NCBI GenBank assembly: GCA_964348355.1
Contig: CAYGCI010000001.1
Span: 1 to 30,353, forward strand
Length of the DNA: 30,353 nucleotides
Direction: 5' to 3'
From: an uncultured Nitrosopumilaceae archaeon
Lineage (GTDB): Archaea; Thermoproteota; Nitrososphaeria; Nitrososphaerales; Nitrosopumilaceae
The first letter of the stretch is position 1; every line of letters begins with the position of its first letter. Shown in pieces: positions 18,382 through 26,697 of the stretch. Position numbers and translations under genes: made by a program. A model generated the notes under the pieces. It saw only the letters and a list, made by a program, of their open reading frames with translations. It had not been told where the DNA came from and searched no databases.

Positions 18382-19358
18382 CAATTTTCCTCATCACGCT
18401 TGATCTCCTCAAGCTCCAGGATTTGTCGCGGCTCGTGCACCACCAGCCCCTGGGCAATCCTTCGCAGCTTTGGAATTATCTTGTGAAACTCTGACTTTTT
18501 GATTATGGTATTGACCCCGTACCAGCCGTCCTCGCTTAGCGGACTGACCGTCGGCTTTTTCAGCGAGGGTATCTGCCTGAGCAGCCTTGGCAGGTTGCCC
18601 TCCTCCACGTTCAGGTAGACGTGGAGGTATTTCTTGCCGTGTACTGCGCCCCTCATAAGCGTGACAATGTCGAAGATCTTTTCCCGCTTTGCCTTGTCCT
18701 TGAGGGACTCTTTGTTTACGATCAGGTGTGCAGTGGAGGCCAGAACCTCGTCTACAATTTTGAGCTTGTTTTGCTTTAGCGTGGTTCCGGTCTCGGTCAC
18801 ATCCATTATGGCATCCACATCCTCCGGAGGCTTGGCCTCGGTAGCGCCAAATGACAGGTGGATCTGAACTGACTTGTTGGTCCCTATGCGCAGCCAAGGG
18901 GTGACAATCTGCGGATCCCTGCCTCCAAAGTGTTTTTTGTAGGATGGGCAGCCCTTGATGAATCGGGATGCAGTCGTAAGATATTCCGAGGAGATTCTCA
19001 GCGTCTTTTTCCTTTTGGCATAGTCGGCAATCATCGCATCAAGGTTCTTGTACCTGTAGCTGTCCGGAAACGCAACGACCAGCCTAATCCTTCCATACTC
19101 CAGATCCAAGATTGGATCGACATCGGACTTTGTCTCCCCCACCCAGTCCTTGCCGGTAATCCCCACATCGTACAGCCCCTCGCTGACCAGAATTGGAATC
19201 TCCTGAGGCCTCAGCATCTTTACTATAATCTTTGGATCATCAAGGTACACCCTGTATGTCCTGCTCTTGCGGTTTACCTTGGTCCATGCCCTCTCCAGGA
19301 GCCTGAACGTGGCATCCTCCAGGCTTCCCTTTGGAATCGCAAACCTCACCTCGGACAT
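18381..19358 (-). CDS. hisG: ATP phosphoribosyltransferase (long form)
   Basis: FAIPKGSL, RPQEIP, DVGITGKDW, GATEAKP, DVTETGTTL and C-terminal regulatory domain with PTVSPL. Confidence 0.95.
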   Translation of the reverse strand: MSEVRFAIPKGSLEDATFRLLERAWTKVNRKSRTYRVYLDDPKIIVKMLRPQEIPILVSEGLYDVGITGKDWVGETKSDVDPILDLEYGRIRLVVAFPDSYRYKNLDAMIADYAKRKKTLRISSEYLTTASRFIKGCPSYKKHFGGRDPQIVTPWLRIGTNKSVQIHLSFGATEAKPPEDVDAIMDVTETGTTLKQNKLKIVDEVLASTAHLIVNKESLKDKAKREKIFDIVTLMRGAVHGKKYLHVYLNVEEGNLPRLLRQIPSLKKPTVSPLSEDGWYGVNTIIKKSEFHKIIPKLRRIAQGLVVHEPRQILELEEIKRDEEN

Positions 19359-19378
19359 GGTATCTCATTGCAGTCCGT

Positions 19379-19386
19379 CTATATAA
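19379..19386 (-). promoter_or_regulatory. Putative TATA box of the his operon
   Basis: TTATATAG on the minus strand, 21-28 nt upstream of the hisG ATG (leaderless-type spacing). Confidence 0.5.
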
Positions 19387-19391
19387 TAACG

Positions 19392-20651
19392 TCATTGATT
19401 TTGGCCAAGCAGCTCCCTTGCCCTGTTTACAGAGATGTCCCCCTCCTCGATCATCTGAGAAACTATCCCGTCAATCTGCTCGGTGGCCGCACCCGCAGCC
19501 GAGGCCAGGTTTCTGGCGTGGAGCCTCATGTGGCCCCTCTGTATTCCGTCAGTTGCCAGCGCCCTCATGGCACTAAAGTTCTGGGCCAGGCCTGCCGCGG
19601 CGATCACACATGCCAACTCCCTGGCAGACCCGACGCCCAGGATTTTGGCGCAAATCTTTGCAACAGGATGCACGTTGATTATTCCGCCGACGACCCCCAC
19701 CGAGAGCGGAATCTCCAAGGTTCCCACCAGGTTGCCATCGTGGTCTTTTGTCCACTCAGACAGCGAGCGGTATTGTCCCGAGCGTGCAGCGTATGCGTTG
19801 GCCGCGGCCTCTATCGCACGGCTGTCCTGTCCCGTGGCATTTGCCACTGCAATGATCCCGTTCATTATTCCCTTGTTGTGGGTTACCGCCCTGTATACGT
19901 CATGCTTTGCAAACTGGTATGCATGAACCATGTTGTCCACGACCTCCCTGCCTCCTGCAGATTCTTGTCCAAAGGTCGCAGTGGCCCTTGCCATGCGTCT
20001 CGTAGAATAGTTGGACAGTATCCTGAGAAGGGCCTTGCCCCCGGTCAGCTTTTCAATTAGCGGTGCGACCCCCTCGCACATGGTATTAGTCACGTTTGCG
20101 CCCATTGCGTCGCCCACGTCGATTAGCAGCTCGACGATCAGCATCGGATCAAGATCGGTGTCGATTTTTTTGCACGCAATCTCTTTTGCCCCCCTCCCCA
20201 TCCTTGACAGGGTGCTGCTCTTTGAGTTCGCCGTCTCAAGGATTTGGGCGGTATTTGCCCTGATTTTTGATACTGCATCATCAATATCGGCGCCCAAGAC
20301 CTGAATCTGTCCTATGCTGTAAGACTCGTCTGCAGTTGCCCTGAAGCCGCCCTTGGGCCTTGCAAGCTTTGCGGCCTTGGAGGCCGCTGCAATTACCGAG
20401 GGCTCCTCGATTACCATGGGCACAAGATAGTCCCTGCCGTTGATTTTGAAGTTGGTGGCCACGCCCAGGGGAAGTGAAAACGTTCCTAGCGCGTTCTCAA
20501 CCATCGTGTCTGCCCTCTCAAAGGTTATCCCCCCGTCCGGCATCTCCATGGATCGGATGTCGTCCTCAGACAGACCGGCAAAATTTTTGACTGCCTCCAG
20601 CCTCTCCTTCCTGGTCTTCTCAAAGAACTTGGGGATTGATGAATCCGTCAT
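19392..20651 (-). CDS. hmgA: HMG-CoA reductase, class II
   Basis: ENALG, EEPSVIAA, DAMGAN, THNKGIMNG, NATGQD.RAIEA and GIQRGHMRLH. Confidence 0.93.
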   Translation of the reverse strand: MTDSSIPKFFEKTRKERLEAVKNFAGLSEDDIRSMEMPDGGITFERADTMVENALGTFSLPLGVATNFKINGRDYLVPMVIEEPSVIAAASKAAKLARPKGGFRATADESYSIGQIQVLGADIDDAVSKIRANTAQILETANSKSSTLSRMGRGAKEIACKKIDTDLDPMLIVELLIDVGDAMGANVTNTMCEGVAPLIEKLTGGKALLRILSNYSTRRMARATATFGQESAGGREVVDNMVHAYQFAKHDVYRAVTHNKGIMNGIIAVANATGQDSRAIEAAANAYAARSGQYRSLSEWTKDHDGNLVGTLEIPLSVGVVGGIINVHPVAKICAKILGVGSARELACVIAAAGLAQNFSAMRALATDGIQRGHMRLHARNLASAAGAATEQIDGIVSQMIEEGDISVNRARELLGQNQ

Positions 20652-20652
20652 T

Positions 20653-21747
20653 TTACCGCACTATCCTCAACAGTCTGTCATCATCATCTGCCGGAAAACC
20701 TTTTCCATCCGTGTTTGAGGTCAGGATATAGAGGCTCCCGTCAGGGGCCTGTGCAACATCGCGAATGCGTCCCGTTCCGCTGAGAATAATGTCCTGTGTC
20801 TGAAGGCTTGGGTTTTCAAGATCGACGACGTAGAGGTTTGATGCTCGAAGTGCAGTCATGACTAGCTTTCCCTTAAAATCAAGCAAGTCGCCGTCATAAA
20901 CTATAATTCCTCCCGGCTCTATTGCGGGATCATAGCAGAGGATAGAGTCCTCATACCCCCCGCCGGCGCATTCCTGTTCAGGCCAGCCATAGTTTCTGCC
21001 CGGGAGCACCAGGTTGATTTCATCGCTCTTTGTCGGCCCCATGTCAGTCATGTAAAAATTGCCTGCCGCATCCCACGCCATACCCTGCGGATTCCTAAAC
21101 CCTAGGGCATATACTGCAGAGTCATGAATCGGATTTGTCTCAGGGATGGTTCCGTCATCGTTTAGTCTTAGAATTTTTCCTGCCAGTGAGTTTGGATCCT
21201 GCGGCATGTGAGACGAGTCAGAGACGGATCCCGTGGCAACATAGAGCTTCCCGTCGGGTCCAAACTTGATTATCCCCCCATTGCTAAACTGAGAGCCGGG
21301 AATTTTGTCTACAATGGTCTCTGCCTTAACTAGTCGATTGTCGGCTTCTGTGACCCTGGTTACTTTGTTCCAAAGCGAGCCGTCCTCCACATAGGTATGG
21401 TAGACATACAGGTGATGATTGTCCTCAAAGTCAGGATGCGTCTGAATGCCCAACAGGCCGCCATCAAAGACGTCGGGGACCCTAAATGTGGCAAGGGGCT
21501 TTTCTAGCAGCGATTCATCCTCCAAGACCCTAATTCGTCCGGGCTTTTCTGTCAGGAAAACCCTGTCATCGCCAAAGGCCAACGCCTGTGGGTTTTCCAG
21601 ATGTGCTGCCAATACCTCCACCGACTCGTTTCCCTGGCCTGTTGTGGCAGGATCAGGAAGCGGGGGGGGTGCGCCCGGGGAGCTCATTATTACGACTGCG
21701 GCAGCTACTGCTGCAGCAATGCCCATGATGCGAAGTTTTTTATCCAC
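20653..21747 (-). CDS. PQQ-dependent sugar dehydrogenase family (GSDH beta-propeller), membrane anchored
   Basis: N-terminal TM plus Pro-rich linker; GGLLGI..HPDF, FGPDGKLY, GKILRLNDDG, GFRNPQG, DEIN...G.NYGWP and GRIRDV. Confidence 0.88.
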   Translation of the reverse strand: MDKKLRIMGIAAAVAAAVVIMSSPGAPPPLPDPATTGQGNESVEVLAAHLENPQALAFGDDRVFLTEKPGRIRVLEDESLLEKPLATFRVPDVFDGGLLGIQTHPDFEDNHHLYVYHTYVEDGSLWNKVTRVTEADNRLVKAETIVDKIPGSQFSNGGIIKFGPDGKLYVATGSVSDSSHMPQDPNSLAGKILRLNDDGTIPETNPIHDSAVYALGFRNPQGMAWDAAGNFYMTDMGPTKSDEINLVLPGRNYGWPEQECAGGGYEDSILCYDPAIEPGGIIVYDGDLLDFKGKLVMTALRASNLYVVDLENPSLQTQDIILSGTGRIRDVAQAPDGSLYILTSNTDGKGFPADDDDRLLRIVR

Positions 21748-21799
21748 AAAGTCGGTTTTGACGAATCATATTAATTACTTTCAAGAATTTGATAACTCG

Positions 21800-21806
21800 T
21801 ATATAC
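21800..21806 (+). promoter_or_regulatory. Putative TATA box of tRNA-iMet
   Basis: TATATAC, 23-29 nt upstream of tRNA position 1. Confidence 0.5.
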
Positions 21807-21828
21807 TGCCCAGATGGATTGTTGATCC

Positions 21829-21918
21829 AGCGGGGTGGGGAAGTCAGACGCTTTTGGGCAAAGTCATCCCGGCGGGCTCATAACCCGCAAATCAGTAGTT
21901 CAAATCTACTCCCCGCTA
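21829..21918 (+). tRNA. Initiator tRNA-Met (CAT) with a 15-nt D-loop intron (21848-21862)
   Basis: Acceptor AGCGGGG/CCCCGCT+A (A1-U72); D stem GGGA/TCCC; anticodon stem GCGGG/CCCGC with loop CTCATAA (three consecutive G-C pairs); T arm AGTAG-TTCAAAT-CTACT. Removing ACGCTTTTGGGCAAA restores D loop AGTCAGGTCA. CTTTT follows the gene. Confidence 0.93.
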
Positions 21919-21923
21919 CTTTT

Positions 21924-23237
21924 CTAATAGGATGCAAACCAGGGGATCGATTCGTCAAAACTGATCTTGTTTGGTTTGTTCTGTCGCTGTACGGGCCGTG
22001 TCAGATGGCGGTGGGCCGAGACGACCGGGATGTACTGCTTTTTCTTCAAGTCCCGTGAAATCCTTTTTGTGGTTTTTTTGGCAGCATACGTACTGCACCT
22101 AGAGCAGGAGAATCCCTGGTTTCTGCCCTTTGACTTCATATTTTTGCCACACTTTTTGCAGGATGGGTTTGAAATGGCTTGTTTGGCAGACAGTCCTCGT
22201 ACTTCAATGAACTCGACGTTGACTATGCGGGGATAACTGCGGGTGGATTTTCTGACACCGCCCCCAATGCGAACTTTGTCACCTGTGATTAGCTCCATGG
22301 CAATCGGGGAAAGTCCGGTTGGCTTGTAGACGGCACATTTTACATCAACGTCTCTGGAATTCAGCGAAAAGGCAGCATGTCCCCCGGGATGCATGATGGG
22401 ACGTCTTGAAATCGTTCCGTCCACAATCCCAGAGGTGTACGGATCTAGCCTGTGTACATCAATTTTGTTTTTCAGATGATCGCCGGTACCCTGGTTTGAC
22501 CTGAAGATCATATGGCCGTCAAGCTCTTCATCAAACTCAATGGCTTTAGATGCCTTCCATACAGACAGAGGACTTTCCCCACGCAGGCCGTAAAAAACCG
22601 GATCAGGGCCGTGAGGCGCCATCAGGATTTTTTTCTTTTTTGTATCATAGCTGCTAAAGGTCTGGGGATTTGCACTCTGCATTTTTTGCACGCTGCGAGC
22701 AGAAATCTCACGCCTTTTGCCAAACATGGACTTTTTTCTATAGCTTAGAAGCTCCACGGTGGAATCGTTGAACTGATAGCCGATTGCGCCGATTGCGCCG
22801 ACTAGTCCCTGCCCGTTTCCCAAGTGAAACGTATCAAGGCTGCGTTTGGCCGCAAATTTTTTTGCGTCGCCGCGGCGGATCAGGCGCCACAGGGCAGCCT
22901 CGCTGAAATCCCGGAACTCGGATGGGATCTCCGGATTTTCATAAAATACCAGCCCGGGGTTTGCCCCATGCCCCGTGTCCGAATACCTCCTGACTAGCGC
23001 GGTGATTTTAGCCTTGATCCGTGCGGGATTTTTTGTCCTGACCTTCAGGGAGACGGCGCCGTTGCCGCGGGTCTTCCACGGAATGTTCGGATTAAGGCGT
23101 ACAAGCCGGGGATAGTCCAGGAACTCGGCATCCTTTTGTATTGCATCCACGGCCTTGTAGGCAAGGTATGTAGTACACATTCCGCTTGGCGAGTCGGTGT
23201 CGTCAAATCCAATGCTGAGGATGCAGCCGCCCTTCAA
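21924..23237 (-). CDS. tiaS: tRNA(Ile2) 2-agmatinylcytidine synthetase
   Basis: IGFDDTDSPSGMCTT, PRLVRLNPNIPWKTRGNG, GLVGAIGAIG, PHGPDPVFYGLRG, SNQGT and CKKC...CSRC Zn ribbon. Probable TTG start at 23237 (GTG 23276 alternative). Confidence 0.93.
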   Translation of the reverse strand: MKGGCILSIGFDDTDSPSGMCTTYLAYKAVDAIQKDAEFLDYPRLVRLNPNIPWKTRGNGAVSLKVRTKNPARIKAKITALVRRYSDTGHGANPGLVFYENPEIPSEFRDFSEAALWRLIRRGDAKKFAAKRSLDTFHLGNGQGLVGAIGAIGYQFNDSTVELLSYRKKSMFGKRREISARSVQKMQSANPQTFSSYDTKKKKILMAPHGPDPVFYGLRGESPLSVWKASKAIEFDEELDGHMIFRSNQGTGDHLKNKIDVHRLDPYTSGIVDGTISRRPIMHPGGHAAFSLNSRDVDVKCAVYKPTGLSPIAMELITGDKVRIGGGVRKSTRSYPRIVNVEFIEVRGLSAKQAISNPSCKKCGKNMKSKGRNQGFSCSRCSTYAAKKTTKRISRDLKKKQYIPVVSAHRHLTRPVQRQNKPNKISFDESIPWFASY

Positions 23238-23288
23238 TGGATTGGGTGGAATTGCGACACATTTGTGGCTTTTCACCGAGTTATGCTA

Positions 23289-23940
23289 GGTTGCGGGGCA
23301 GGGATTAGTATCTAGCTGAGATAACCGCCCATCTCGGATATCTTGATCTCGCCTTTGCTCAGCATGACGCGTATGGATTTCTGCATCTCGTCTATGGTCT
23401 TGTACAGGCAGTTTGCAGTTGCCTTTTTGAACCCGCATCACTGCCCCTCTATCGAGCTCAGCTCCGGCGTGTACGGCGGCAGGAGCCTTAGCACCACACC
23501 GCCCTTCCACCCTGCCAGCGCTTCCTTGGCCAGTGCGGCCCCGTGGTACGATGCGTCGTCTACAAACAGCAGCACCCTGGGAAGCTTGGCGGATGTGTAC
23601 CGGTCGGCCGTGTCGTAAAAGCGGAGGTCAAGGCTGTTCTTTGAGAGGGCCCCGATCGAATGGAACCCCTTCTTGATGTGGGCGATGGCCGCCGGCCCGG
23701 TCCACGTCGCGGCAAGCCGCAGCTGCGCGGGCCCGCAGTCAGGTCTGTGCGCAGCTGCTCAAGATGTCCCGAGTCAAGCTTGAACAGGGCGCCGTGCTCT
23801 ATGTCGAACCTGCCCGGCAGGCCGTGCTTGTATGCGCGCACCGGCCGGTGCCTGACGGTTCCATACGGCCCGCCCAGTATCTCGGCAATCTGGCATATGC
23901 ACATCCTGCACTGCCATGGGTCGGTCACATCTGGAATGAC
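23289..23940 (-). mobile_element. Defective IS630-family element (transposase pseudogene)
   Basis: HTH QIAEILGGPYGTVR and QLRTDLTAGPRSCG; frameshift near 23712 into WTGPAAIAHIKK, joined directly to SIGALS..LDLRFYD, LFVDDASYH and LPPYTPELSSIEGQ*; premature TGA at 23438-23440 where Trp is expected; natural stop at 23312. TA at 23287-23288 may be the target site. Left limit approximate. Confidence 0.85.
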
Positions 23941-23957
23941 TGACCTCCCGAGATTGG

Positions 23958-23965
23958 TTTAAATT
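23958..23965 (+). promoter_or_regulatory. Putative TATA box of dph2
   Basis: TTTAAATT, 26-33 nt upstream of TTG 23991. Confidence 0.45.
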
Positions 23966-23990
23966 AAAACCCGAAGGCCTTGATCTAAAA

Positions 23991-24986
23991 TTGATAGTAA
24001 TAGACGAGGGGCGGATGTTTGAGATCATTGCAGAGAAAAAACCCGCATCGGTGGCACTGAACGGTCCGGATGGAATGATCCCACAGGTCCAGCAAGCGGC
24101 CCAAAGCATCATGAGGCGGTTTGGAATTCCGGCATACGTCCTGGCAGATACAACGTGGGGAACGTGTGATCTGAATACAAACGGGGCAAGGGTTCTCGCT
24201 GCCGGGATTTTATTCAACATAGGCCACACCATCAATACCGAGGTGTACGAGGAGGGCGTATACCTGATTGACGCCTTTGACGACGTCGCCTTTGACGTGG
24301 TTGCACAAAAATGCGCATCTAGGCTGAAGGGAAAGACCATTTCGCTGCTAACCGACAGCCAGCACCTGCACGAGATAGACAGGGTCAGGGGAATCTTTGA
24401 GGAAAACGGCGTCGCGGTGAAGATCGGTGCCGGAAGGGGGCAGCTAAACGACGGCCAGGTGTTTGGCTGCGAGTTTTATCCCGCAGTGGAGAACATGGAG
24501 GCTGCAGATGCAAACGTGTTTCTGGGGCAGAGCAACTTTCACGCGTCCGGAGTCGCGCTTGCCACAAACAGGCCCACATATGTCTTGGATCCGTACTTTA
24601 ATGAGGTGAGGGAGATCACCGAGTTTGCGCAAAAGCTTCAGAAAAAGGCGACGCTTGCAGTATACAAGGCAGCCGAGGCCCAGACGTTCGGGGTGATTGT
24701 AGGGCTCAAGGAGGGCCAGCTCTCAAAGACTGCGGGATTAAAGTTCAAAAGGGAGCTTGAAAGGGAGGGAAAGACGGTTCACTTGTTTGCCCTGACAGAC
24801 ATTACAAACGAGAGGCTCCAGAACCTGAAGGGAATCGATGCCTTTATCCAGGTCGCATGCCCGAGGATCTCTACGGACAACCGGTTTGACAAGCCGCTGC
24901 TCTCCACGCCACAGGCAAACGCATTGCTCAAGGTGCTGCGAAAGGAGCCCGTTGAGGGCTATCTGCAGACTCCGCACTGGCTTTAA
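23991..24986 (+). CDS. dph2: 2-(3-amino-3-carboxypropyl)histidine synthase (diphthamide biosynthesis)
   Basis: Three Fe-S cysteines in WGTCD, VFGCEF and VACPRI, plus GLKEGQ. Confidence 0.93.
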   Translation: MIVIDEGRMFEIIAEKKPASVALNGPDGMIPQVQQAAQSIMRRFGIPAYVLADTTWGTCDLNTNGARVLAAGILFNIGHTINTEVYEEGVYLIDAFDDVAFDVVAQKCASRLKGKTISLLTDSQHLHEIDRVRGIFEENGVAVKIGAGRGQLNDGQVFGCEFYPAVENMEAADANVFLGQSNFHASGVALATNRPTYVLDPYFNEVREITEFAQKLQKKATLAVYKAAEAQTFGVIVGLKEGQLSKTAGLKFKRELEREGKTVHLFALTDITNERLQNLKGIDAFIQVACPRISTDNRFDKPLLSTPQANALLKVLRKEPVEGYLQTPHWL

Positions 24987-25591
24987 GGGCCGTTTACCAG
25001 CCTGAAAAACCTCTCATCTGCATATACCGGCCCAAAGGAGGCCTCGGTCCTTGCCTTGCCTTGAAACCTTTTGCCAAGCGAAATCGATTTCTCAAGTAGG
25101 TCCAGCGCCTCGTCAAGCCTCTCCAGTCTTGCAAGACAGCATGACTTGTCAAACAGGACGTCCCCGTTGTCTGGATAGTCTGCAAGAATCGCATCGCAGC
25201 AGTCCAGCGACTCCACATATCGCCCGAGGGAGAACAGCAGCCTTTCCTTGTGGTACAGTGCTATCTTGTAGCCGGGGTTCCCCTCCAAAACAAGATCGCA
25301 GTATTTCAGGGCATCCTCAGGCCTTTTGAGCTTTCTCAGGGAGGAGATCTTGTTTATCGTCACGGACGTATCGTCCGGATCAGACTCCAAGGCGGCCTCA
25401 TAGCAGGATATTGCCCCCCGATAGTCGCCGAGCTTGCTCAGGGCATAGCCCTTGTTGTTCAGGGCGCCCACGTGGTCAGGGTGGTCTTGTAAAACCAGAT
25501 CATAAAACGAGACTGCCTCCCTGAACTTCCTGTCAAGGAACAGCTGGTTTGCCCGGTCCAGCTGCGAGTTGGTCTTGGGATCCGAGGTCAT
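24983..25591 (-). CDS. Tetratricopeptide repeat protein
   Basis: Repeated TPR units, e.g. ALNNKGYALSKLGDYRGAISCYEAALESDP and VLFDKSCCLARLERLDEALDLLEKSI. Confidence 0.88.
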   Translation of the reverse strand: MTSDPKTNSQLDRANQLFLDRKFREAVSFYDLVLQDHPDHVGALNNKGYALSKLGDYRGAISCYEAALESDPDDTSVTINKISSLRKLKRPEDALKYCDLVLEGNPGYKIALYHKERLLFSLGRYVESLDCCDAILADYPDNGDVLFDKSCCLARLERLDEALDLLEKSISLGKRFQGKARTEASFGPVYADERFFRLVNGP

Positions 25592-26658
25592 GGCCGCATG
25601 ACGATCTTTCCAAACAGTCCCTTTCCGGTCAGCATCTTGTTGTGGGCATCCACGGCCCTCTCAAGCGGGTATACGGAGTCAACTATGGCCCTGATTTTTC
25701 CCCTGGACATCCAGTACAGTCCCTGCTCAAGCTCCGCCCGGGTTCCCTGCGTTGAGCCTAAAATGTTGATTCCCTTGAAGAAGATATGCCGCAGGTCGGT
25801 CGGGGCCTCATATCCGGTCGTTGCACCGGTCGTGACGACGGTGGCGCCGTACTTGAGTAGCTTTAGCTCCTTGTTCCAGTGAGAGCCCCCAATGTGCTCA
25901 AAAATCACGTCCAAGCCGGGTACCCCGTCGGACTTTTTTGCCAGATCCTTGGAGATTTTCCACACCTCCCTGTCCCAGTCCTCCTTTCTGTGATCCACTG
26001 CATGGTCGGCCCCCAGATCTAGCAGCTGGTCAAGCTTGTCCGGGCTGGCAGTTGCAATGACCGTACAGCCGTACAGCTTTGCAATCTGAATCCCAAAGTT
26101 TCCAACCCCCGAGCCCCCGCCCATGATCAAGACGGCTTGTCCCGGCTGGATTTTTGCCCGACCGACCAGCATGTGCCACGAGGTCAGCAGGGTCATCGAC
26201 GCGGCCGCTGCCTCGTCATAGGAGATGTTTTCGGGGATTTTTACGACGTTTACCTCCGGCAGGTGGGTGGCCTCACAGTACCCTCCCCACAGGGGGCCGG
26301 TTTGAAATCCCCAGATGGTTCTTTTTTTGCAGTCAAACTCCCTCCCGCTCGTACACCTACTGCACACCCTGCATGACATGTTTCCGTGAGACACCACCCG
26401 GTCTCCGACCCCGACGTTCCTTACGTCCTCTCCCGTTGCAATTACCTCCCCTGCCGCATCGGTTCCAGAAATATGCGGCAGTGGGACTGCCAGAGGCCTT
26501 CCGCGCATGCCCCAGATATCGTCATAGTTTAACGCCGCAGCCCTTACGCGAAACACAACCTCGTTGGGTTTGGGGACAGGCTCCGGAATGTCTTTGATCC
26601 TCAGGATGCTTGCAAAGTCATTATCCCGGCAGTACTCATCGTAGACTAGGGCCCTCAT
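25588..26658 (-). CDS. Medium-chain dehydrogenase/reductase (zinc-binding ADH/enoyl reductase-like)
   Basis: GroES-like domain, structural Zn motif CRVCSRCTSGREFDC, GGGSGVG Rossmann motif and FGKIV terminus. Confidence 0.9.
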   Translation of the reverse strand: MRALVYDEYCRDNDFASILRIKDIPEPVPKPNEVVFRVRAAALNYDDIWGMRGRPLAVPLPHISGTDAAGEVIATGEDVRNVGVGDRVVSHGNMSCRVCSRCTSGREFDCKKRTIWGFQTGPLWGGYCEATHLPEVNVVKIPENISYDEAAAASMTLLTSWHMLVGRAKIQPGQAVLIMGGGSGVGNFGIQIAKLYGCTVIATASPDKLDQLLDLGADHAVDHRKEDWDREVWKISKDLAKKSDGVPGLDVIFEHIGGSHWNKELKLLKYGATVVTTGATTGYEAPTDLRHIFFKGINILGSTQGTRAELEQGLYWMSRGKIRAIVDSVYPLERAVDAHNKMLTGKGLFGKIVMRP

Positions 26659-26678
26659 GAGGGTTGGTGGTGCGGCCT

Positions 26679-26695
26679 GTTTAATATCGATTTTT
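26679..26695 (-). promoter_or_regulatory. Putative BRE/TATA of the MDR gene
   Basis: Minus strand AAAAATCGA-TATTAAAC; TATA 21-28 nt upstream of ATG 26658. Confidence 0.5.
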
Positions 26696-26697
26696 AG

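Noticed and set aside
19392-20651. Bacterial-type (class II) HMG-CoA reductase in an archaeon as a transfer event
   Set aside because: Class II HMGR is already known in several archaeal lineages; nothing here suggests a recent transfer.
22779-22803. 9-bp tandem repeat (GCCGATTGC) in tiaS
   Set aside because: It encodes the conserved GAIGAIG motif; a coding-level repeat, not a contingency locus.
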